NCBI RefSeq assembly: GCF_000181795.1 | Contig: NW_003526943.1 | Coordinates: 7,802,672-7,866,671 of the forward strand | Length of the DNA: 64,000 bases | Source: Trichinella spiralis | Lineage: Eukaryota | Reading direction: 5' to 3' | Shown here: one piece after another, positions 1 through 12,924 of the stretch | Layout of the letters: each line of letters starts with the position of its first letter | Numbering within the stretch: the first letter of the stretch is position 1 | The notes under the pieces: model-generated | What the model was told of the DNA's origin: nothing | Seen by the model: only the letters and a program-made list of their open reading frames with translations | Database searches by the model: none | Program-made: the position numbers and the translations under genes

Positions 1-999
1 TCTTTCCGTTGCTGTTCATGAAATGACAAATTTGTGCTCATAAAATCATAATAGTATTTATTCCACTCATCAGGATTCATTTCTTCTCGGAATCGGTGCC
101 AAAAATGGACAATATCCATCATCCGCTTTCAATGGATACCATCTATCATCACTTTCACCTGTATTTTGAAAATCGTTGACCTTTTTTGAACAATTCAGGC
201 CATGTTCCAGTGTTTCCAATTGAACATCAGTTAAGCTCGTCACATTTTCCATGTTGATCAAATATTTTAACACCATTTCACACGCAATGTTAAAAAACGA
301 TGGATAATTATTTATATGCAAAAAAATTAGTATTGCCGCATCAATACTTCTATCATCTTCTCCAATAATAGAAACTTTCTTTTTCAAAAAATGTATCTGA
401 ACATTGGCCATCATTTCTATTGTATGCTTGAAATGTATGTTCCTCTCTTGAAAATCTTCCAACATTTTTTCTGGTATATCCAAATAAACTTGCTTATAAC
501 CATACCTTCCTGTCGAAAATATCCCAGGCACATCAGTCTTCTGCTCTTTCAACCATCCTTGAATAATATGATAATAACGATACTTCGGATTCCTTGGATT
601 ATAAATGAACTTTGAATGACCAGATGATTTTGTTTGAATTGGCTTGTTTTCACTAGTGATTCCATTGCTTGAGATGTCATTTATAAATTTTTTGTTATCC
701 TTCTCAGAAGCTTCCAAACCGGCACACTGATAGCATTTGTCTATCAGTTTTCCAAGTTTGGGAAACATTCGATCTTGAACATCAGTGCCAACAACGATAC
801 TTTTCAAATAACGTAAAGTACAATAAAAATCTATTACCTCTTTGAAAGAAAGGCATTCCAATGTTTCATAGTCAGGTTCGAGGATGTCGACAAATTCTTC
901 TATTAAATTGAATAAATCACAGTTGTACTTCTTCTTCTTCACTGAGTTGGTAATTTCTTCAATGAAGGCAACTGTGTTAAACCACCGTTCGTTCATCAT
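1..999 (-). CDS. Intronless KH-domain RNA-binding protein; N-terminal ~309 aa, running off the window start
   Basis: The 309-aa ORF contains a degenerate KH fold (YKQVYLDIPEK...KKVSIIGEDDRSIDAAILIF). Bases 1-229 are the reverse complement of ~57730-57955, where the frame continues into a GKHG-loop KH domain. The stop at 70 is therefore probably caused by a 1-nt indel. Confidence 0.6.
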
Positions 1000-2778
1000 T
1001 GTGTTTAAAGTACCGACCGCACGGCAACACAGACAAACAGAAAATGAACATCTGAGCTTGAAGCTACCTTTAAATAGGCTTAAGTTGAATTAACATGCGC
1101 TCAGGTTCAGCATTACAATTTTCTACTGTACGTTTTCTTATTTGCAGTCGTTGTTGTTTATTATTTTTTCAAAAAATAATTTGTTTTCTCGCGTAAATTG
1201 CATTATTTCTCAGCAGCGGTATTTTCTTTGGAAAAAATTATTTGAGTAATGCTAATAATTATCAATTGTGTTGGTTTATTTAGTTTGTATAAATAAAAAA
1301 TCACAGACAACTGACTGTTTGAAGCAGAGGCTGACTGAGTTTGTTTGTTTTTTGAAAACTTTTATCTACTGTTCTTTTCAAAACGCTTTTTCCTACTTTT
1401 AAATTTTAATATAGAGTTCTGAAAGTGTTCTGAATTTATAACAAATGAGTGCCTTCCTTGCCAACTTCCGCCATTGACCATTATTTGCCTTCCGCACATC
1501 AGGACAAGCCGACGCCTTGCAGACAGGACAACGGTCTGCTACTGAGAAATGGAGGAACGTGGCCGCTCGCCTGTCTCGGACAGGCAAATTGCCCTTCTGA
1601 GTCGTGGATTTGGTCGTGCTGCTGTCGGACGTCTTTCTGGGGTTCCCGTTGCGCCCAGCGGCGTGGGACAAACTAATGCACACACTGGACATGAGACACT
1701 TCTTCAGGCAACACTTCAACCCGGTCTTCCATCGCTCGCTTCTGCTGGCCGATTTGCTTCCACTTTTATAGCAACTGCAACAGGAATATCATATGTTGAC
1801 ATGTAAATGTGTTCGTAAACACGCCTAGTCCTGTGACAGTTCTCACGTATCCGTTGTAAGTTCCAAGCATTGTTCATTGCATTAATGTTTGATCTTTATA
1901 CCTGCATAATCCTGACACTGGGCATGTGTGCAATCACCTTTGACGCTGACCAACGATCTTCACTGCATTCCCAGGAATTTGTAACAAACCTCTCACCATT
2001 TTATAATAATTATTACAATCTGTATTAAATGTGTACATGAAAACAAAGGTACTAATACAGATTATTGGCTCTTATCACATGTTTGCAAAAATTATACCAC
2101 CGCATATCTGGTAGCATTTACATTCAGTCCATTGTGCAGTTGATTTTGCTCTTTTTTCTAAAAATCAGTCTGACTTATCAAGAATTAAACGAAACAATGA
2201 CCAATAAAGAATAAATAAAAACAAAATAACAACCACACATTAATTTCAAGCGAAAAAGATACCCGCCTTTTGTCGATAAATCACTTAAGTATTACAGTAA
2301 CTAATAAATAACAATCAAGAATAAATCAGGACAAACAATATTGCATGTGTTGCTTATTCTATTCAAGAATTTAAAATGAATATTTCATTTACATATTTTA
2401 CTTATGAAATAATAACTAAATAACCAAATAACATACTGTAATCATATAAATACATATTTATACCTGCAATTCATTAATTTGTGATCTTTTGTAGCGAAGT
2501 TTTATCATTTCATTTAATTTTTATTCCCCATTTTCAGACTGTTGAGATGTCTTTTTAGTAAGTAACTTCAAATTCTTGAGAATTTATTATTTTATTTATG
2601 TTTACGTAAAAACATCTGAAAATCATTGCTTCGTTTTTTTTCTTAATTTGGGACTAATTTGCAATTTTTGATTCTGTTTTTGCAATTGATTGCCAACGTG
2701 AAGGCTTTTAACAATTTGTTCCTGTCATTTATTAAATAAATATTGTTTATTTTCAGACTATTTTTATTATTTATCGTA

Positions 2779-4393
2779 ATGTCCGTTGGAAAGATCATCA
2801 AAAAAGAAACAAGAACTTCGTTACATGATCTTGGCTTGAGCAGTTGGCTTGTTGAACAGTGCGCTGTTATGGGCATTGTTGAACCATCTCCTGTACAGCT
2901 GAATTGCATTCCAGAAATATTAATTGGTAAAGATGCTATAGGCTGTTCGAAAACTGGCACTGGAAAAACGCTTGCTTTTGCGATTCCAATAATACAGCGT
3001 CTTAGCGAGGATCCTTACGGAATTTATGCGTTAGTTTTAACTCCTTCAAGAGAGCTTGCGTTCCAGATTGGTGAGCAATTTCAAGTGTTGGGCAAGCCGC
3101 TTGGTTTGCGTACGAGCATTGTTGTTGGAGGTTTATTTTACTGTTATTTTTTCTAATTTATGATGAGAAGATAGTTGTTTATGAAAGAACCATTTATATA
3201 GGAAGAGATATGATTGAACAAGCGAATGAAATAGCTAACCAGCCACATATTTTAATTGCTACTCCTGGTCGCTTGGCTGATCACATTTTATCTAGAAGTG
3301 ATGAAAATTGGTTTCACAAGATTAAATTTTTTGTTTTGGATGAAGCCGACCGTCTTTTGGATGGTCAGTACGATTTGCAACTTGAAACTATTATTGAAAA
3401 ATTGCCAAAAGAGCGTCAAACTCTGTTATTCAGGTAATTATGGAGCAACAGCGGCATTCTGTTGTTAGCAGTGTAATGTTCAAAGAAGTTGCAGTGGATT
3501 AATATTTTTTGTCTTTTTTTTGCTGCAGTGCAACAATTACAGATGCGTTGTGCAGGTTGCAAGAATTAAGTGTAAAGAAGCCATTTTTTTGGCAGGAACA
3601 GAGTTGCACGGTAACCGTAGATACTTTGGAGCAACGGTACGTATTGTGTCCTAAAAGCGTGAAAGATGCATACGTGACATACGTGGTGAAGTTATTTACT
3701 GACAAAAATCCCCAAAGTTCGGTGCTTATTTTTTCCCATTCTTGTTATGAATGTCAAGCGTTGACTTTGATGTTTGCTGACTTGGGCTTCAAGGTGGGAG
3801 CACTGCACTCGATGATTTCACAACGGGAACGTTTGTCTTCTTTTAATTTGTTCAAATCGAATCAGTTGAAGGTGAACAATTAGTTGATCAGTTTGCTGTT
3901 GTTCATTTTGTGATGAAAATAATTTCAGATTTTAATATGCACAGATGTTGCATCCAGAGGTTTGGATTTGCCTTTTGTGGATCTGGTGATCAATCACAAC
4001 ATTCCTGCGGTGGCGAAAACTTACATCCACCGAGTGGGACGTTCGGCACGTGCAGGGCGTAGTGGGCGTGCGGTCACTTTCATCACCCAGTATGATATTG
4101 CTTTATTGCAAGCAATTGAGAAGGCGATTAATTGTCAGATGAACGAATTAAAAGTCAATGACAAAAAAGTATCCAACTATGTGACGGAAGTGCTGGTGGC
4201 GAAACGGGAAGCGATACTGAAGATGGATGAACAACATTTTGGGGAACGACGTGCGATCAACCGTAGGAAGGAGATGATTCTTTCTGGATTGGATCCCGAA
4301 GATGTGGACAGATTTCTGGAAAGGCGCAAAGATCGAAAGCAATCGAAAGATAAATCCGACATGAGTGGTTCATTGAAAAGGAAGAAATTGTAA
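2779..4393 (+). CDS. DDX49: DEAD-box RNA helicase DDX49/DBP8; 4 exons (2779-3130, 3202-3433, 3529-3871, 3929-4393)
   Basis: Q motif (PSPVQ), SKTGTGKT, LTPSRELA, ATPGRL, DEAD, SAT, DVASRGLD and HRVGRSARAGR. DDX49-typical LSEDPYGIYALVL. Short GT-AG introns restore the frame. Confidence 0.93.
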
Positions 4394-5055
4394 AAATAAG
4401 CAGATAACTTTGCTTTTGAAATGAATATTTATTTTAAATGTTCGTAATTTTTTTTTGAAAGAATTGTATTTCTAATATCTACGATTTTTCATTTTAACTA
4501 TGGTTATGTGAGTAAAAAATACGAATAAATCTCAAGAGAAAGTTTAGATTTTTTTTTAAATGAAATAATTCACTGCTGATTCGAATACCATTTGAATAAT
4601 TTGTTACTGTTAATAAAATACAGTCTTCAGTAATTATTTAAATTCGTCATTACTACTTTCTTTATGTTTGCTGTTGAACTCAATCTCAAAACTTTAAAAG
4701 CAGAATTACTTCAGAATATGAAATTTAAATCCAGTTAATATTTTTGAAAAATTTGCTTTTCAGTTTGTAGATTTCACTTATATATTGACCAATATAATTG
4801 TTTGAAACGTTAGCAATTGAAATTATTATATTCATGAATATATGCATTTCTTGATAAATGAATTCACATTAGTTTAGATTACAGACGAATATTTCAGTTG
4901 AATCGATTGGCAGCAAATATTGCTTGATACTTTGGATTATTATTTAAATATTTATTTTGACTAGATAATGTTTATAATATTGAACTTGAGAACAAACGTT
5001 GGAATGGTGTAAAAAAACAGTTGAATAGCAAATTATTTATTTATTGAACCGTATG

Positions 5056-5082
5056 ATTGTTGTTGTTGTTGTTGTTGTTGTT
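5056..5082. repeat. (GTT)n microsatellite
   Basis: Visible run tgttgttgtt... Confidence 0.9.
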
Positions 5083-8000
5083 ACTGAAGAAAAAGCTGAA
5101 TTGATTGATCCACGCTGAGATATTTGCATTTAGAACGTTACCAATCGGTTCTGTTTGTTGGCAAGTGATCGTAATGATGAGAAGAACGACTTGCATAAGC
5201 ACTCGTAAGGAGTGACGACAATTTTCACTTAATTGATTCCCCAGTGACCAGCTTTGACTCGTTAGCGGCTACTTTTTTTTCATCCTTCAATTATCCAATT
5301 ATTCTTACGCCACTTGTGATCGTCGACTATGGTCGACTTAATTCGACCTGACCGACCAACCCTGACCACTCCAGGGACGACGAATGAGAATCGATTCTCC
5401 AACCAAACAGCTTCCTTCCTCCAGTTGGTAACGAGCCGGATGCGATTTCATCCTTTGTTGGAATATGCAAACCGAACTGATTTCTCTTTTTCTTGAAAAA
5501 TGCTGTTTCAATTGAGCACAATATAAAAATATCTGCATTCATTTCTCTTGAAATGTAAGAGAAATAAAATAGCACCAAAGTTTCCGATCTGTCATGCGAC
5601 AATTAACGTTGCCATAGGCGGAGAATAAAAAACTTTACATCCAATTTTATTAATCTTTTTTTCAAATTATTTATTTGCCATCTGAAAAAGGCTATTTTGT
5701 AAACGTATTTCACATTTCAATTATCCATAAGTAGTAAGTAAGTCATAATTTCGATAAAATTGCACTGGAATAATGAATCCAGTTTGAAATTTTTAATAAA
5801 TGCCTGCAATTTGCAGTTTGAAAATTTCAAAGCATCAATTTTCTATTTTGCTATTTTTACTGATTTGTTGCTAATCAAAATTTTATTTTTATTTATTTAA
5901 ATTTAGAATATAAAAAGTGTAAATAAATTTAATAATTGCACAGAAAAGAAAATGAGAAATTGAAATTTTATATAAATTATAATTATTAACATTTCTTTCA
6001 TTATTTGGGACAAATTTAAAAATATGCAGCAATGTATTCAGCATTGATTGCACCTTCTTAATTTAGAAGCGATTATCAGATTTCACCCTCATTATTAAGT
6101 ATCCAATCAATATAAGCTATAAAACTGTTATTATGTCACGAATACTGATGCGCAGTTCAAATAGTACATGACAAGTTGAAAATTTTAAGCTGCTATATTA
6201 AAGTAATATGCTCAAACGAAATATTGAACAACGCCCAAAAATTACATATTAAGCATATTACGTGAAATTATTTTATGTGTTTGTTATTAATTACAAATTT
6301 TTGACCTCACTATTATAAAGTAAAATTAATAACGATGCAAATTTTCAACAGTCACTCAGCCAAATTCAGATTTTATCAGATTAAACTGATTGTTAATTTG
6401 TGTTTAAACATCATATTGGCATTATCAATAATGAGGTGCATCTTTTTTGGTGTAGAAAGTTTAAAATAGACTAAAAGTTTCAAAATTATTCAAAAAATCA
6501 TTTTCGCTTATAGATGTCACTGTTTATGGTTTTCATAATACTAACAAAATATATAAATATATAGATAATTGATATTTTTTCTAAAAAAATGATCAAAAGT
6601 AAATAAATGCTTCAATTTATATTTATATATTTTTTCAATAGCATTTGTAAAGCATACAAAATGCTTGCTAATAAAACGCATAAGTTAAATGATGTACTAT
6701 CAATATCTGTATACAAATAATAAAGTAGCTTTAGTTATGTGCCGTAACTGAAACAATAATAATTGAAAAGTATTAAATAAAATACTCGAAATAAATAAAA
6801 ATACGTAAACATAATAAAATTATCAAAATCAAATACTCAACATTTAAAGTTTTTTCACAGTTTAAAATCCAACTGCTTTGAAAAATGAAGTTTGCACAAA
6901 TGAAAAACATGACAAAGCACTGTACTATTGGTCGAACATTGGCAGTATAATTTGCATTTGAGAAAGCATAAGATTTATTGATTTACAGCTTGTATTAACT
7001 TTACAAGAATTCAACTATTTTAGTTGATTTATTCATCAGTAAATTAGGTGCGAAATTTACAAAAAAAAAAGAACGACTCTGAAATTCAGCTTCATAATAA
7101 TGATTATTTTGTAGCTGCTAAGAATGACATCGAAATAATTTTATTTAAATTACTGTTTAATTCACAGCTCCATTCGACATCCTAATACAATGTTCTTTTT
7201 TATAAACCATCATTGGCTAAATTTTTAATTACTAAGAATAGAACTGCTTTAGCTAGGTATACACGTGTGTGTGCGCGCATGTGTTCATGAAAATACTGCA
7301 TTTGCAAAATTTTTAATGAAATATAGCAATTGCATTAAAAAATCACATTTTAAATAATTATAGACAATATATCTAATGTAATATAAGTAAATTTTTTTCT
7401 TATTCTAACTGATTTCAATAAAAATAACATTTTATCATTCAAATAAAGTTTGCTATTGTTCGTCTATTTAATATAATAGCATTGTAAATTAACTTTAGGA
7501 AATACATTACAATATTTTTTCAAGTTGGCTGTTCGGCCAACATTTGCAAACACTTGGCAACTGATTAAATAATACCGTGTTTTCTATTAAATTTCACCCT
7601 TTTTTAAAGAATACAAAGAGTAGCTTTGGATTTCATTGAAGATTACTCTCATTTTTCACATTTGTAAAACGCAAGTTACACGACGACGACTTATTGGCTA
7701 TAAAGATGATTAGTCATGTGAGAATTGAGAGATCTGACAGTATTGACAATCAACACTCCATTGGGTCCATGACAAATTATAAGTTAATTACGTTGATAAG
7801 CACTGACAAATTGTAAATAATTACATGCAAAGGGCGTGAGTGTGACGATAATCATAACAATAGCTACATGATTTACAATCATACTTGATATTTTTTCTCA
7901 ATAACCATCTAAATTAAAAATGTTTGCTTATAACGTTGTACTAATTATGTTTCGCATATTTGATTCATGATAACTTTATAAGTTCAGCATGACAGTTGAA

Positions 8001-10101
8001 CATTAAGTAAAGAATGAATTTTTGCAACAGTTTAGTCAATTACAAATTAGTTGCTGCTTTGAATTATTTTAGTTTGCTGCGTAAAAAGCAAGTTTTACAC
8101 TTGATGGAGACTGTTTTGAACAAATTGCAATATAGCTGTATCGTTTAATGGTTTAAAAAAATTTGGTTTGCGCTAAATTTTAAGGAAAGCTTTTTCCAAT
8201 CTATAAATTTGCTATGGTAACTTAATTTCACTTACGAAACAAGCTGCTTTTCTCTTCCTGAATTAATTTCATTAACATAAATTAAGATTCACATGCACTG
8301 TATAGGCAACATGGGATCGATTGAAACTCTTCCAAATGGTATTAAAAGAAAATTTTCCCAAGTAAAACTATCAGCATCAAATGAAAGAAAAATATTTTCA
8401 ATGATATTATTTTTGGTTTACTAAAATAAAAGGAAATGTTCATTTTTAAAATGAAATAATGCAAACAGCTATGTATTGCATTAGATAAATGCATTGTACA
8501 ATATTATATAATATATTTATACTTCGAAAAATGAAATTTTAAACTGCGAATTACAACGAATTTTATTTTTTGAAATTTAAACATTATACGTTGAATAACA
8601 GAAATTGACACAATTCGTTAAATAATATTAAAGCAGAAAATATATGGCGTTATTATATGATATAATTCAAATGGTTTAAAGTAAATCAAAATTTGATATA
8701 AATTTTTGCTTTTGTTTTATTTTATTATTTTGATTTAATTATTACATTATATGAATATTTATTAAACAGTATCAACTCATTTATTCACTTTAATTTAAAC
8801 GTCGCATTACTTAAGGTTTATTCTTGCAAGTAGATATACATATATAGATATATACATTTCTTTATAATTTAAACATATTTCAATAGGCATTCCTTTTCAA
8901 ATGCATGTGTTTATAATGCATATTAATATTAAACACTCAGTTGCTGATTAAATAAAATAAAATGAGTAAAGAACATTGCTAAAACAATAATCATGAAACT
9001 TTAGTCAACTTTTTATTTTTCATTTAGTATTATCATTATATTCTTTAAAATTTTAAGCTTCACTAATAAACGTTCAATTAATTTAAAACATTAGCTATTC
9101 ATTTATTTCATTTCATGCATTATCATTTTAAAGCTATTATGTAGAAGCATTTTTTAATGAATTTTTAATAGTTTTAAATTTTTAATCTGATAGCAGCCAA
9201 ATTTAGCTGTTGCGGATTGCCCTACTAACTTTTAAGTTTAAGTCAAAGTTGTTTTGTTTAAGTTTTCATGTGTTTTTATTATTTTTGAATATTCGAGCAT
9301 CCGTTTATTTATGCATCAATAAATAACTTCAAGGCAGACCTATAGGGCATCGATATATGCATATAGTATGAAAAAATACTAATGCAGTTCTTCAGATGCA
9401 TATACATTATGTATACGTGTCAAATATGAAAAGGTTATTTTAGTATTCATATTTTAATAAGTCAAACACATAAAATATTAAATGTCTGTAACTGTAACAT
9501 GAGCACCGCAATAATTTAAACTTGTGTGTAACATCAGTCTATAATAAGCAATATATTATGATGCTTTTCAAAATATTGAATTATTAAGATACTTAATGCA
9601 TAATTCATTTTTTGTTAATATAAATTTGCAACTTCATAAAATTGTTTTCTCCGATTTAATCCAAAAAGTAATATGATTAGGCTTAAAGTGCATTTTGTTT
9701 AAAATCAAACTTAAATGTTAAATTATTTGAATATAAGAAATGCAAACGAAACTATGAAAATGTTCTTCCCCCTGAGCAAAATAGCAGTGCATCTGGCGCC
9801 AATCAGCTTCATCTCTACGCAAACACCATTGATAGCCTTGTTAAGCAGCTTACTTGGCTTCGTTGACGAGCATCGATTGACAATGTTGAATGCAGCGGTA
9901 AATGGCCTCTTTTCTTCACTGATGAACTTCTTATTATCTATATCCACCTGAAGCGACCATCCGACGCGAATGAGAGCTCAGCTTTAAAGCAGAACGGGTG
10001 AAGATCAATTGCAATACAGCTAACTGCTTTTCCAACCACTTCGCACTTAGACCGTTTACTTGGCAACTAAATTTTGTTAAGAAAGCATTTAAGAAATTAA
10101 A

Positions 10102-12825
10102 ATGCAAGCACCACCTTATGCCCACATTTTACAACAGTCAGTACCCAGTTTATCTAATGGTCTACATGCTTTTTATCTTCCAATTGTTCCATGCACTTAC
10201 TGGCGCCCAAGCTTTTACTTGCAGACGCGACGACTTCCAACACCTCATTCCATTGATGACATTCTAGGATTGAACAATGGTAAACTTCAGTATTTATCAA
10301 AAATTTTTTTTCTAAATTTGTTACTTTATTAATTTGTTTTAATTCTGATTTATTATTTGTTTATTTGTAAACGCATTTTAGCTTATAAAAAGCTGAAGAA
10401 AAAATTAATTTTTGAAGGTTTATATAATTCACAATGATTATTATTTTGTAACTTCTAACTAGAACATTTACTTTTTATTAAGGCTAAATTTACTTTATAT
10501 TAAGTTGGTTACAACTGACTTAAAATCAAAATCTTAAACTGTAAAAACCATCCATGCACTGATTTTTTTCAAAAAAACATCAACAAGCTGACAATTATGA
10601 GGTATATTTTAAATGTATGATTTAATTTCGAACTTTTATGATTCAATCCTTAATATTTTTGAAACTTATGCAAAATATCATTCAAAGTATAAAATCAGAT
10701 TATGAATTTAGTATAAGAATGGCGTATAAACTTTTCAATAGATGTTAAATGTCATGGCATTAACTGGCACTGCAACTAATAGAATTTCAGTAGTTACATT
10801 TTAAAATATTTTACTCTATATTAGTTATAAGCATATTACTTAAATATAAAAAGAAATATCAAAATATAATAAAGCAAAGTAAAATTTGAGATGCTGTTAC
10901 TATAAAAACATAAAAAATCTAATTATAAGAATATTATGAGCTAATTTTGGCAAGAAATTAATCTGAAAAGTATTCTGTACATTCCAATTTCAATAATCAG
11001 TGCTTTTGCAAAAATTTGATGCAAAAAATTTTAAACATGGCCTCTGCTGTAGTTTTCAATACAGTTAGCTTTATGTTTAATATTTAAAAAGTTATTATTG
11101 AAGAGAATAAATTTTGCTAACTGCTTCTTCTGATATTACTTTTACCATTATTCATGTAATATGCATTAAGAATCATACAACTGCTGTTTTTTCTGCAGAT
11201 GTTATTCAACAATTAAAATTAAATGGCAATGTCTTACAACTGTCAATTAGAGCTTCCAATCTTACACTATATATATATATTAATTTTTAATGATATTAAT
11301 TAAAAATATAGCAGCAAAAATATGTTATGTAATCAAAAAATATTTTAAAATTTCATTTCAATCAATAGCATTTAAGCAGAAACATTTAATTCTAATCTTA
11401 AGTTAGTATTGAATTTTAAGTGTGTTATCATTTACTGTCCACTCAAGAGAGGACTCTGGGTCAAAAGAATGCAAGAAAGCGTGATATTTCAAAAGCAAAA
11501 ACAATGATAGCTTAATAACTTGACTCATTTATAACAAAATTAATCTTGTCATCAGAGATATTTCAATAATGCTTAGGTTCTAAATGCTGCATAATGTTAA
11601 TGAGGTTTGAAATTTTATGCTCAAAATTTTGGCTTTATTTGTTCTATTTAAATTAAAAGCAAAAAATAGAATTATAATTTTCAAAAAGCCATGTTGATGC
11701 AGAATATTACAGTATACCATTTTGAAACAGTGGGATTTGATTGTTTTCATTATAATTGTGTCTGACATTTAGCAGCAATCATTGACACGTAAGACGTGAT
11801 AAGCTGCTATGAAGACACCCCAGCCCACCTCATCAGCCAATTATCTACTGAAATCAATAATTAACAGCTAACATGAACAAGATGATAATGAAGATGACAA
11901 CAATAATTAATCCCTAATTGTCTACAGATTACATTGCCAGACGCTCAGTAGCGTTGAACTAGACTATCAATTTCAACGTTGAAAAGCAATGCTCACTTAA
12001 ACTCTTCAAAGCAAAAACGGGCTTCAAACGCCATCATTAATATATCATCCAATAAGATTCAATGACTTACTGTAACTTTATCATATAAATGATCAATAAT
12101 AAAAGCTAAATGAAATAAAGCTGCTGTTTATAGACAATTAGTAAGTTCTCATCTTTAAAACAGCAAAATTAATAATAAAGTCAAATTTCTACACTGTAAT
12201 TTGAATTTAAAGTTTTAAAAAGCAAAATTAATACTAAATTTAATTGTTATAAGAATAATATAAATAGTTTATTAATATATAAGAAAACACTTTAATAAAA
12301 AAGTAAGACTATGGATTTTCTTTCTTTTCATGCCATAAAAAGATGAAATTGTTAAATATGACATCAATTTCAATAAGTGATTCATTCAATAAAAGAATAG
12401 CTTGGAGTATTTGAAAGCAATAGCCATTTTCTACTTAAGTGAAGTATCATTTTATCAAGACTTCTTGTAGAAGTGGCTTCAAAGCTTTTTCTTAGCATTA
12501 ATAAATCTTTTATTATTGTTCAGCGTTTTGCAGCATCTTTGCAATATTTAGCTCTTATTAAATAAGAACATTAAAATTGTCTCTAGCTTTTTCATTTTAC
12601 AAATAAACGGCTGAAATGATGATATTTTTAAAATCAAAATTTAAAACTAAACATTATTTAACCAATAATCTGTTTGAAATAAAGAAATGTTACAAATTTT
12701 TGCAATTAACTGTATTATTTCCATTACAGATAATTGTGCCCATTCTGATATTTCACATATAAAAAAACGCATCATCAATATTATCTTTACTTATTAATAA
12801 CTACAGTATTTTAAAACAAAATATG

Positions 12826-12924
<99 letters not shown>

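Noticed and set aside
9715..10267. Several overlapping 60-90 aa ORFs
   Set aside because: Best explained as promoter/5' UTR and alternative frames of the homeobox first exon.
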